Shown here: positions 1 through 7,551 of the stretch, piece after piece
Position numbering within the stretch: position 1 is the first letter of the stretch
Layout of the letters: each line of letters opens with the position of its first letter
DNA from: an uncultured Candidatus Saccharibacteria bacterium
Lineage (GTDB): Bacteria > Patescibacteriota > Saccharimonadia > Saccharimonadales > 2-12-FULL-41-12
Direction: 5' to 3'
NCBI GenBank assembly: GCA_964573095.1
Contig: CAZNIK010000001.1
Location: 185,004-249,003 of the forward strand
DNA length: 64,000 nucleotides
Program-made: the position numbers and the translations under genes
Notes under the pieces: model-generated
The model's database searches: none
Told to the model about the DNA's origin: nothing
What the model saw: only the letters and a program-made list of their open reading frames with translations

Positions 1-183
1 AGCCATAAAGGCTTCACGGATCACAACCGACGTTTGCTGAGCGCCTTGGCCATAATTTGAAACTCGACGTATCTCACCGTTTGTAAACGACTGGATTATT
101 GTCTTACCCAATCTATCGTTTTCTATTTTTGTTGCTAACGAACGGGTTTCGCGTATCATTTGATCGAATGATTTTTCACTCAT
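1..183 (-). CDS. hypothetical protein, N-terminal part only (ORF runs off the left edge)
   Basis: ATG at 181-183 (minus) with AGGAG about 12 nt upstream. Open frame MSEKSFDQMIRETRSLATKIEND... continues to position 1. No family recognised. Confidence 0.45.
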   Translation of the reverse strand, partial: MSEKSFDQMIRETRSLATKIENDRLGKTIIQSFTNGEIRRVSNYGQGAQQTSVVIREAFMA

Positions 184-212
184 TTTTACCTAAATCTCCT
201 TTATTGTAAATT

Positions 213-237
213 AAAAACTCCCGCTTGGTTGCGGGAG
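213..237 (-). terminator. intrinsic terminator-like hairpin (minus strand)
   Basis: Stem CTCCCGC (218-224) / GCGGGAG (231-237), loop TTGGTT. On the minus strand it is followed by TTTTT (complement of A213-217). Confidence 0.5.
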
Positions 238-375
238 CTTGTCGCTATAATTGCGATAACAAATCACCCGCTCGGTCTGACGAGCAGAATCAGTGCGAAT
301 GAAATTACGTTGTTCACAGACATAATAGTGCCATCACGAAACACCAGTGTCAATATTTTTTGCGAATCACCCCTA

Positions 376-403
376 TTGACACAAGAAATAATCAGTATAT
401 AAT
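376..403 (+). promoter_or_regulatory. sigma70-type consensus promoter
   Basis: TTGACA (376-381), 16-nt spacer, TATAAT (398-403). The -35 lies in one arm of a 9-bp inverted repeat GTGTCAATA (347-355) / TATTGACAC (374-382). Confidence 0.5.
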
Positions 404-531
404 CGCATATTGTGAAAACTCCTAATTCGTCTTTGACAGAGTCGTCGCGCGCGCACATTCATATTGTGTGTGCGGTACAGTGTTGAAGCTCGAGGCCAAG
501 GAGTTTTGCTAGATAAAAAGCTTAAGTGAAG

Positions 532-569
532 CTCCAGACGCCGCGAAAGGGTTTGGAGTATTATTTTTT
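532..569 (+). terminator. intrinsic terminator / attenuator hairpin
   Basis: 8-bp stem CTCCAGAC (532-539) / GTTTGGAG (551-558) with one G-U pair, followed by TATTATTTTTT. It ends 10 nt before the start of ORF 579..1139. Confidence 0.5.
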
Positions 570-578
570 AAGAGACGT

Positions 579-1139
579 GTGATGTATGACCTTATCAAAC
601 AAGCAAAATTGACCGCAAAATGTGGCTGGCAAGTAATTGACCGCGATCGGGATTCTGAGACCCTCAAGTCAATCATGGAAAGAAATCCAGATCGTACAGC
701 TCGCATCAATGAGTTATATATGCCCCAAGTGACAGCAGCTTTTGAAAACGGCTTTCAGCGTCAGCAGATTAACCTGCAGCATGAGGATATCAAGGGACGA
801 TTCGTTATGCATACTATCGCGGGGTTGGTCTTTCGAGAGTATGGCTTAGGAGTAATTGGCAGCCTTGAATTAAGAAAATCAATAAAGTCAGCCGAGTGCA
901 CCCGTGCGACGGTAAAAAATCTAGGCACAAGCGCGCTCGAACTTATGCTTGTTGATTCACGCCTTAATGCGAATCTAGGCCCCACTGAACAGACCCGACT
1001 ATCTGAAATTGACCGGGCTCTTCAAGAGGCAAGCCAAACCTCTCATATTGTGTCCTTGCAGGATGAAGAGTTCGTAGCTGCAACTCACCCCGCGATAGCG
1101 TCGCCAGGTATGGTAGCTACTGCAAATTCTTTAGCTTAA
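579..1139 (+). CDS. hypothetical protein (186 aa)
   Basis: Long ORF with GTG at 579 or ATG at 582. Non-repetitive composition, no motif recognised. The 3-prime end overlaps the convergent tmk-thyX gene by 23 nt. Confidence 0.55.
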   Translation: MMYDLIKQAKLTAKCGWQVIDRDRDSETLKSIMERNPDRTARINELYMPQVTAAFENGFQRQQINLQHEDIKGRFVMHTIAGLVFREYGLGVIGSLELRKSIKSAECTRATVKNLGTSALELMLVDSRLNANLGPTEQTRLSEIDRALQEASQTSHIVSLQDEEFVAATHPAIASPGMVATANSLA

Positions 1140-3435
1140 ACTGGGTGTAGCGCTCTGCTGCCAAACGCGCCAGCTCTGGATCTTCGCCTTGATTCACAAA
1201 CTTCATTGCACCCGCAATGAGAGGGTGTGCCTCCTTGAGCTTTTCGTAAATTTTTTGTGTCAATAACCTATAGCCTGGGTGTCCCTGCGGGCTGGTACGT
1301 AGCTCTATAAAATGGAACGCCTCCCTGGCATTAAAGGTCATTTTCCAGCGCATTCTATGCCCAAGTAGCGTGGCATATTGTGCTTCATGGGTGTAGCCTC
1401 CGGCTTGTAGCACGCTGTACAGTTTTAGGCTTAGGTCAAAGCAGGTTTCAAACTTGTCTGTCAGACCAGCCTCTTCAACGAGCGTCGGAACCTCGTACCC
1501 GTAGCGCGGCGTGAGCTGCTGCCAAGCCATGTCGTCAACCATTCTATGGCGCTGTAAATCCCGAAAAATACCATAATCGCACACGATGTCCCAACTGTAG
1601 TGGGCGTTCTCAATCGCTCGGCCCGGACGCTGTCTTCGGTTTAGTCGCTCGCCCATGTACGAGTTGAAGGCCTCAAGCTTTCTTTCGTAGGGCCACTTTG
1701 AAACTTCAGTTTGCAGTTCTTCAAGGGAATGAGAACTATATTCGTATAACATGTTGGGCACTAGATCTATTTCATTTCTGGGCCATACATTCGTGAGCGT
1801 AACTGCCTCGTAAGTCGTGCTGTATGTATCGGGAATATACTTATTCGCAATATTTGCTACTTGCTTTGCCGTTTCTGCGCGATAGGCAACCATTGCGCCC
1901 CCTCTGTCTGGCTTATCAGCTCGCTCCAGGAACATGGGAACAGTTTTTCGGGTTTCAGTTAAAATTTTCTTTCCTGTTTCGTTCGCTTCTACTAGTTCGT
2001 CTGATAACAGGTGCATAATAAGACTTTCGAGGGCCTGTCCTGACGCAAAGATTCCAACAGTCGACTTGGTCGCAACTGGCAAAACTGGACGTACTGCATC
2101 GCAGGCTTGAGCCCTGGTAGCGCCATTCCACGCAGTGTCTTGTTCAGCCTTTGGTACCGAAGAGATGTTGCGCACATACGCCGTTAGGTCATGTACCATG
2201 CTCGAGTATAGGTCAAAAATCTTGTCCATAGTTTTTATATACAGCGCTTTGGTTTCTTGGTCTAAGGTTGTCGGAATAAAGTATTTATATTGGCCCGCCT
2301 CATCCTTCTGATCAAAGTATATGTAGCGAGTTGATTGCTCGAGGTAAGCTGCCAGACGCCCCCACTCAAGCTTTTTGGTGAGCAGATTGCTTGCTCCCTC
2401 GACAACCACGTGCTGTCCGGCGAGCTGCTGAACCGAGTCATCACCGTACGCTGTGATGACTCTTTTGAGTAACTGCTCATCTTTTCCTGCCTCGCCCAGA
2501 AATTCGTCAAGTAGCGTTATCCTCATGTCGTCGCCACGACGGCTGAGTCTGGCCATGGCTGCAGCAATTGTAATCGGACTAATGCTATCATAAAACCCAT
2601 AGACATCACTCTTTGTGTTTGTAACGATTGACTTTAGCGCTTCTTCGCCCGCCTCTGTTATTGCGTAGCGATCATCAATTTTTTCTATCAGCTGATTCTG
2701 GGGAACAACAGCACCTTGCGCGTTCGTGAGTTTGATGTTTTTTGACGACTTGCTTGGCAGTATCGGCATTATTGTCTCCCAAATAATATTATGTATTGTT
2801 TCAATATCAAGAAGTTGATTGTTGCGTACACAGTCAAGTTGCTTGAAGTCCTTCGGGAACAATTGACACAAACTGTCATATACTTCGACGGACTTTTTCA
2901 TGTGATCAAGATCCATTTCGTGCAGATCCCTTTTTTGGGTTGTATAATCCCTGGCTGCCTTCTTATCAACCAGCTTTTGAGCAATTTCTGCGGGCACCCG
3001 AAGCACCAAAGAAAGGTCTGGTCTAGGGATATTCAAAGTCCGAAATTCAATTGCGTCAAGCCACAAGAAATAGCCTTTTCGTTCCTCTACATGATCGAAT
3101 TTGGTTCCTTGATGGGCCATATTTGACCCGGTAAATCGATTCGCCAGAACAATTTTTCCAGCTTCTAGAGCTTGCTTTATTTTGGGAGCTGCTTGGTACC
3201 TATCAAGTGCATAAAATAACGACCCGGTGTACGGCCCAACTTCCTCAGCAGTACCATACTTACCGTTCAGATACTGTTTTACAAAATAACTTGATTCTTG
3301 GTCGTACTGCGGAAAGTCAAAAGTTTCAACCTCATAGCCTTCTAGGGCAAGTTTGTGTGCCAGAAGCTTAAACTGAGTGCCCTTGCCAGAACCGTCAGTC
3401 CCCTCAAGCACAATAAAGATTCCTCTTTGAGTCAT
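1117..3435 (-). CDS. thyX: thymidylate kinase fused to a long two-lobe flavin-dependent thymidylate synthase (ThyX-like), 772 aa
   Basis: N-terminal ~210 aa has the Tmk P-loop FIVLEGTDGSGKGTQ and LDRY. The rest carries ThyX motifs split over two lobes: LEQSTRYIYF in lobe 1; FRDLQRHRM and NAREAFHFIELRTSPQGH in lobe 2. Confidence 0.8.
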   Translation of the reverse strand: MTQRGIFIVLEGTDGSGKGTQFKLLAHKLALEGYEVETFDFPQYDQESSYFVKQYLNGKYGTAEEVGPYTGSLFYALDRYQAAPKIKQALEAGKIVLANRFTGSNMAHQGTKFDHVEERKGYFLWLDAIEFRTLNIPRPDLSLVLRVPAEIAQKLVDKKAARDYTTQKRDLHEMDLDHMKKSVEVYDSLCQLFPKDFKQLDCVRNNQLLDIETIHNIIWETIMPILPSKSSKNIKLTNAQGAVVPQNQLIEKIDDRYAITEAGEEALKSIVTNTKSDVYGFYDSISPITIAAAMARLSRRGDDMRITLLDEFLGEAGKDEQLLKRVITAYGDDSVQQLAGQHVVVEGASNLLTKKLEWGRLAAYLEQSTRYIYFDQKDEAGQYKYFIPTTLDQETKALYIKTMDKIFDLYSSMVHDLTAYVRNISSVPKAEQDTAWNGATRAQACDAVRPVLPVATKSTVGIFASGQALESLIMHLLSDELVEANETGKKILTETRKTVPMFLERADKPDRGGAMVAYRAETAKQVANIANKYIPDTYSTTYEAVTLTNVWPRNEIDLVPNMLYEYSSHSLEELQTEVSKWPYERKLEAFNSYMGERLNRRQRPGRAIENAHYSWDIVCDYGIFRDLQRHRMVDDMAWQQLTPRYGYEVPTLVEEAGLTDKFETCFDLSLKLYSVLQAGGYTHEAQYATLLGHRMRWKMTFNAREAFHFIELRTSPQGHPGYRLLTQKIYEKLKEAHPLIAGAMKFVNQGEDPELARLAAERYTQFKLKNLQ

Positions 3436-3474
3436 GACACTCCCCCCACCCCATAATCTATGGAATAGAGAAGT

Positions 3475-4239
3475 TCAGTCATAGTTCGATAGACCCTCGA
3501 CTTTCAATGGCTTACGACGAACGTCCTTATAGGCTTTCGGAAGCATCTGTTCTGGCTTCCAGTTTGCGATAATTGTAGCCAAATCTGCGCTTTTGCCCGA
3601 CTGATATTTGCCGCTTAAACTCTTGTACTCATCTTCGACTGGTCCTGTCTCATAAAAAACAAGTTGGGCGATTCGTTCGCCAACAGGCAGGACAACACTT
3701 TCGTGCTGGTTCATATTGTAGATTTCCATTGTCCAGCGGTTGATATAGCCAGGGTCACCCCACCCAGCGTCGAGACAAACCGAAATCCCGTTTCTTCCCC
3801 AGGTGCTTCGTGCTTGCATTGTGGTCGTTCCTGGAGCTCGAATACCAATAAACTCGTGCGTATGGGCCAGGATGCGCTCGTGAGGGCGCAGCACGATAAT
3901 CGGTTGAGATGGTGGGATGTTCTTGAAAAGAACTCTCCCGTGCGTTCGGGCCCACTTGGCATGAATTTCTGCTTTCATGGCACCAGAAAAGTACTGCTCA
4001 ACGGCTTTTTCGTCGAATGGATTATAGAAGCCACCTTCGCTCGGTCGTTCAGTTCGATAGTAGTAATGACCCAGCGTCACATCAACACTGCTTCCCGCCA
4101 CGTGCTTTTCAATGTACGGATAAATAACAATGTGCTTGTAGCTCAATGCCTGTCGAATCTGAGTGTTGCTATAAACCGTCAACCAGAACCTCCACTTCTT
4201 ACTCACCCAATTGTAGCCGGGTTTTGGGGTATGAGGCAA
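3475..4239 (-). CDS. dcd: dCTP deaminase / dUTPase-superfamily protein (254 aa, long form)
   Basis: Motifs GSSVDVTLG, ARSTWGRNGISV and DAGWGDPGYINRWTMEIYN are typical of Dcd. It is about 60 aa longer than common Dcd proteins. Confidence 0.8.
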   Translation of the reverse strand: MPHTPKPGYNWVSKKWRFWLTVYSNTQIRQALSYKHIVIYPYIEKHVAGSSVDVTLGHYYYRTERPSEGGFYNPFDEKAVEQYFSGAMKAEIHAKWARTHGRVLFKNIPPSQPIIVLRPHERILAHTHEFIGIRAPGTTTMQARSTWGRNGISVCLDAGWGDPGYINRWTMEIYNMNQHESVVLPVGERIAQLVFYETGPVEDEYKSLSGKYQSGKSADLATIIANWKPEQMLPKAYKDVRRKPLKVEGLSNYD

Positions 4240-4283
4240 GAGAATGGACTATACAACAACAAACGTGGAATATAAGTCAAGGA

Positions 4284-5309
4284 TTAGTTCAGCACTGAAG
4301 GTTGGATTTTTATTCCAGGTCCCATAGTAGTCGAAATGGTAACAGAGCGTACGTATGAGCTCTTGAGGCTTGCCGGTTTGTTTTGCTTTATGCTTGCCAG
4401 AAGAGCATCAACATTTTGAACAATTTTGCTAGGTCCAAAACTGACTTTTCCTACCCCCACGTGCACTATGCCAGTGCTGTCGACTCTGTACTCAACCCGA
4501 CCGGCTTTTGCGGCCGAAATAGCCTTATTCACATCTTTGGTAACCGTCCCGCTTTTTGGGTTCGGCATTAATCCTTTTGGACCCAAAACGCGCGCGTACT
4601 TACTTAATTTAGCCATGACACTTGGAGTTGCAATCAATACATCAAAATCAATCACTTCTTTATCAAGTTGGGCCAGAAAGTCGGCTTCGCCCGCCACATC
4701 GGCGCCTGCCTTTAGGGCGGCCTTCGCAACATCTTCTTCGGCAAACACCGCAACCCGGACCTTTTTCCCGGTTCCGGCGGGCAATACTAGATTATCTCGA
4801 ATATTTTGATCTGCCTGCCGCGGATCGACGTTTAGACGGATGTGTAGCTCAACAGTTGCATCAAATTTGGTTGTAGACGTTTTTAGCGCAAGAGCGACTG
4901 CCTCGCTCACTTCGTAGAGCTTTTGCGCGTCAACAAGCTTTGCCAGAGCTCGGTACTTCTTTGCTCGTCGCTCTGCACGACTTCTCGTTGGCTTTACTGG
5001 CGCTTTTGGCTTTGGTTGCGACTCCGAGTCGGCCTCAGCTTTTTTTCGGGCTTCCTTCTCAGCTATCTTTTGCTTTTCAGCAACCGCCTTTGCGCTGCGC
5101 TTTCCGGCTTTGGCCGTTGATTTTGCAGCCGCAGTTTCATCATCAATCTGATGCTCTACCTCGACTATCGCCTCCGCAATCGCCTCAGTTTCAACAAGCT
5201 CTGCAATCTTCTCGGTGACTTGCTCTTCTACGATTGATTCTGCTTTTTTCAGTATCTTGTTATCTGCCGGTGTTGATTTGGCAGGTGTCTCTTTTTTTGA
5301 ATCTGACAT
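4284..5309 (-). CDS. rplA: 50S ribosomal protein L1 with a ~110-aa Lys/Ala/Glu-rich N-terminal extension
   Basis: C-terminal 230 aa matches L1 (ATVELHIRLNVDPRQADQNIR, GPKGLMPNPKSGTVT). The N-terminus is low-complexity KAEx-rich. Confidence 0.95.
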   Translation of the reverse strand: MSDSKKETPAKSTPADNKILKKAESIVEEQVTEKIAELVETEAIAEAIVEVEHQIDDETAAAKSTAKAGKRSAKAVAEKQKIAEKEARKKAEADSESQPKPKAPVKPTRSRAERRAKKYRALAKLVDAQKLYEVSEAVALALKTSTTKFDATVELHIRLNVDPRQADQNIRDNLVLPAGTGKKVRVAVFAEEDVAKAALKAGADVAGEADFLAQLDKEVIDFDVLIATPSVMAKLSKYARVLGPKGLMPNPKSGTVTKDVNKAISAAKAGRVEYRVDSTGIVHVGVGKVSFGPSKIVQNVDALLASIKQNKPASLKSSYVRSVTISTTMGPGIKIQPSVLN

Positions 5310-5372
5310 GATTTTGTCCTTTCGTGGTAATTACGGCGGGCACCGTAAAGGGCCCTACCTCCCACAAGTTAA

Positions 5373-5636
5373 TTAATTGTCGCGAAACCTCATAATTGCT
5401 GCTAATACAAGTCCCCCGCTTTTCTCATTAGAGCCTGGTCGTAAACAGTCCTGCACAGCCTCCACGCTGAGTGACGTACGTTCAATCGGGTCAACTTCGG
5501 CAGGCTGCACCACTTCTTGCGTACTGATTGCCATCTGCCCGTCATACCCGTCTTGATTGCTCACGTGACCTTTTGGCAAAACAACCTCCTTGGGCTTAAG
5601 TAGCTCAAGGTTTTCAGAGTTTAGAGCCCTGTGCAC
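5373..5636 (-). CDS. small hypothetical protein (87 aa) between rplK and rplA
   Basis: GTG-initiated ORF 18 nt after the rplK stop with a purine-rich upstream tract. Acidic, non-repetitive. No family recognised; it could be non-coding leader sequence. Confidence 0.3.
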   Translation of the reverse strand: MHRALNSENLELLKPKEVVLPKGHVSNQDGYDGQMAISTQEVVQPAEVDPIERTSLSVEAVQDCLRPGSNEKSGGLVLAAIMRFRDN

Positions 5637-5654
5637 ACTTTTCTTTCAAGATCC

Positions 5655-6086
5655 CTACTCAATTTCAACACCCATACTTCGCGCAGTTCCGGCAACCATT
5701 TTTTTCACTGCGGCAACGTCGTCGGTGTTCATGTCATTCGCTTTTGTTTCGGCGATTGAGGTAAGGTCTGCATCAGATAGCTTTTTTTCAATTTTTTCGG
5801 TATTTGGTCGGCCTGAGCCTTTTTGTATTCCGAGCTTGGCACGAATTAAATCGTCCGTTGGTGCCCCAACAGTGCGAAACTCCATCGAGCGATCGTCATA
5901 AATGGTTATGTGCGCCGTTACGGTAACGTTTCCAAGATCTCTGGTTGCATCATTAAACGGCCCAATGAAATCCATCATATTTACTCCGTATTGACCAAGC
6001 GTACTCCCCACGGGAGGTGCCGCACTTGCTTTGCCAGCAGGAATTTTCATTTTAAGATTTGCTTTAACTTTTTTGGCATCGGCCAT
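5655..6086 (-). CDS. rplK: 50S ribosomal protein L11
   Basis: KMKIPAGKASAAPPVGSTLGQYGVNMMDF matches the L11 N-terminal domain. Position is after nusG. Confidence 0.97.
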   Translation of the reverse strand: MADAKKVKANLKMKIPAGKASAAPPVGSTLGQYGVNMMDFIGPFNDATRDLGNVTVTAHITIYDDRSMEFRTVGAPTDDLIRAKLGIQKGSGRPNTEKIEKKLSDADLTSIAETKANDMNTDDVAAVKKMVAGTARSMGVEIE

Positions 6087-6166
6087 AGCTGTGTTCGAGT
6101 GGAGAATTACTTCAGCACTCTCCTTCCCTTTCTTTTACGTTTAGATAGAGGTGCGTAACAGCGTAA

Positions 6167-6472
6167 TTATATCAGATAACTACCCCTGTTGTCTATATCA
6201 AAGTAAGGTACTGACGGGATCTCACCGTGCATTATTTTTCCAAGTGCTAAAGCGTTTGTAACTCTAATGACATTATTTGGGTCTTTGAAGATGCTTCCCT
6301 CCGGTGCTTTTTCTGAAGTAGCGTGCGCTAGTCTAGGTACTACGGTTTCGGGGGCTGAACGTATTAGTAGTTCAAGATTTACCCCAGGCCATGAAGTTGA
6401 GGGTGCTATATCCTCTTTTACTTCCATCATAGCGAGATATAACGCATCACCTACGTTTTTCTCTTGTTCCAT
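6167..6472 (-). CDS. small hypothetical protein (101 aa) between nusG and rplK
   Basis: ATG ORF starting 10 nt after the nusG stop. Non-repetitive composition, no family recognised. Confidence 0.4.
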   Translation of the reverse strand: MEQEKNVGDALYLAMMEVKEDIAPSTSWPGVNLELLIRSAPETVVPRLAHATSEKAPEGSIFKDPNNVIRVTNALALGKIMHGEIPSVPYFDIDNRGSYLI

Positions 6473-6482
6473 AGAAGCTATT

Positions 6483-7025
6483 CTATACCCTTTTCACTTG
6501 CAAGCTATCGAGTTCAACGGGTGTTTCACGACCGAACATATTCACTAACACTTTTATCTTGCCTTTAGTTAGATCAATTTCACTAATTGACCCATCGAAT
6601 CCCTTAAACGGACCATCGGTGATATTTACAACTTCGCCTACATTAAAGTCGATTTTGTGCTTTGGCTGTTCAAGCCCCATTCGCTTGTTTATCTTCTCCA
6701 TTTCGTCATCAGATATTGGCGAAGGGTCGATTCCTGTACCCACAAAACCTGTCACATTTGGTGTGTTACGAACAATGTACCACGCGTCCTCTGAAAGTTT
6801 CATATGAACAAGAACGTAGCCTTGAAAAATACGCTTCTCAACGACTTTTCGCTTGCCATTTTTTATTTCGATCATTTTTTCCTTAGGAACAAGTACTTCA
6901 AATATCTTATCCGCCATGTCTAAGCTATCGGCTCTTTGTCGAATGCTTTCGGCAACCTTTTCCTCATACCCACTATACGTGTGAATTGCGTACCACTGCT
7001 TGTGTGAGTCATATCGTTTGCTCAT
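6483..7025 (-). CDS. nusG: transcription termination/antitermination factor NusG
   Basis: KQWYAIHTYSGYEEKV NGN domain and the KOW motif GEVVNITDGPFKGFDGSISEID. Confidence 0.95.
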   Translation of the reverse strand: MSKRYDSHKQWYAIHTYSGYEEKVAESIRQRADSLDMADKIFEVLVPKEKMIEIKNGKRKVVEKRIFQGYVLVHMKLSEDAWYIVRNTPNVTGFVGTGIDPSPISDDEMEKINKRMGLEQPKHKIDFNVGEVVNITDGPFKGFDGSISEIDLTKGKIKVLVNMFGRETPVELDSLQVKRV

Positions 7026-7028
7026 AAT

Positions 7029-7427
7029 TTACAAAATTATCCTTCTAAATATTTTATCTAGTATTAAATCGAGTATTCCCACAAACACGGCAAAGATAAA
7101 CGCAAAAATAAAAACTGCAATCGTCAGCCGAATCGTTTCTTTTCTCGTCGGCCAGGTGACAAGCTTGATTTCAGCCCATGCTTCGCGCAAGAATCTGGGA
7201 ACTAGCCTTACTCTCGTGCCCAAAATCTTACCGGCTCTATTGTCTGGCAACGGTAGATTGTACTCTTTTTTTCCCGTCTTGTGGGCTTTTCGAAGAGGCG
7301 AAACAATGGATGAGGCAGTTGCCTTTAGTCGTCTAGGCTTTGTGGAATCTTGGGTTTTGGTCCTCTCGCGAACGGTGGGCGTTCGACGTATTTTTGCTTT
7401 CTTTTTAGACTCTTCAGCCTGGCCCAT
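7029..7427 (-). CDS. secE: preprotein translocase subunit SecE with a basic N-terminal extension
   Basis: C-terminal EIKLVTWPTRKETIRLTIAVFIFAFIFAVFVGILD is the SecE TM signature. It lies directly upstream of nusG. Confidence 0.85.
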   Translation of the reverse strand: MGQAEESKKKAKIRRTPTVRERTKTQDSTKPRRLKATASSIVSPLRKAHKTGKKEYNLPLPDNRAGKILGTRVRLVPRFLREAWAEIKLVTWPTRKETIRLTIAVFIFAFIFAVFVGILDLILDKIFRRIIL

Positions 7428-7457
7428 TCTTCAAACTCTCCCGATCCATTAAATAAA

Positions 7458-7478
7458 CCTACTCATAAAGTGAGTAGG
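7458..7478 (-). promoter_or_regulatory. 8-bp hairpin in the secE 5-prime region (terminator-like, function unknown)
   Basis: CCTACTCA (7458-7465) / TGAGTAGG (7471-7478), loop TAAAG. On the minus strand it is followed by TTTATTTAAT, 31 nt upstream of the secE ATG. Confidence 0.3.
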
Positions 7479-7551
7479 TCTTCTTTGTCAAGAATAGCGC
7501 ATCTGGTAGCTTTATTCAAGTGTTGTATCATACATAGTAGTCATTAGTACG

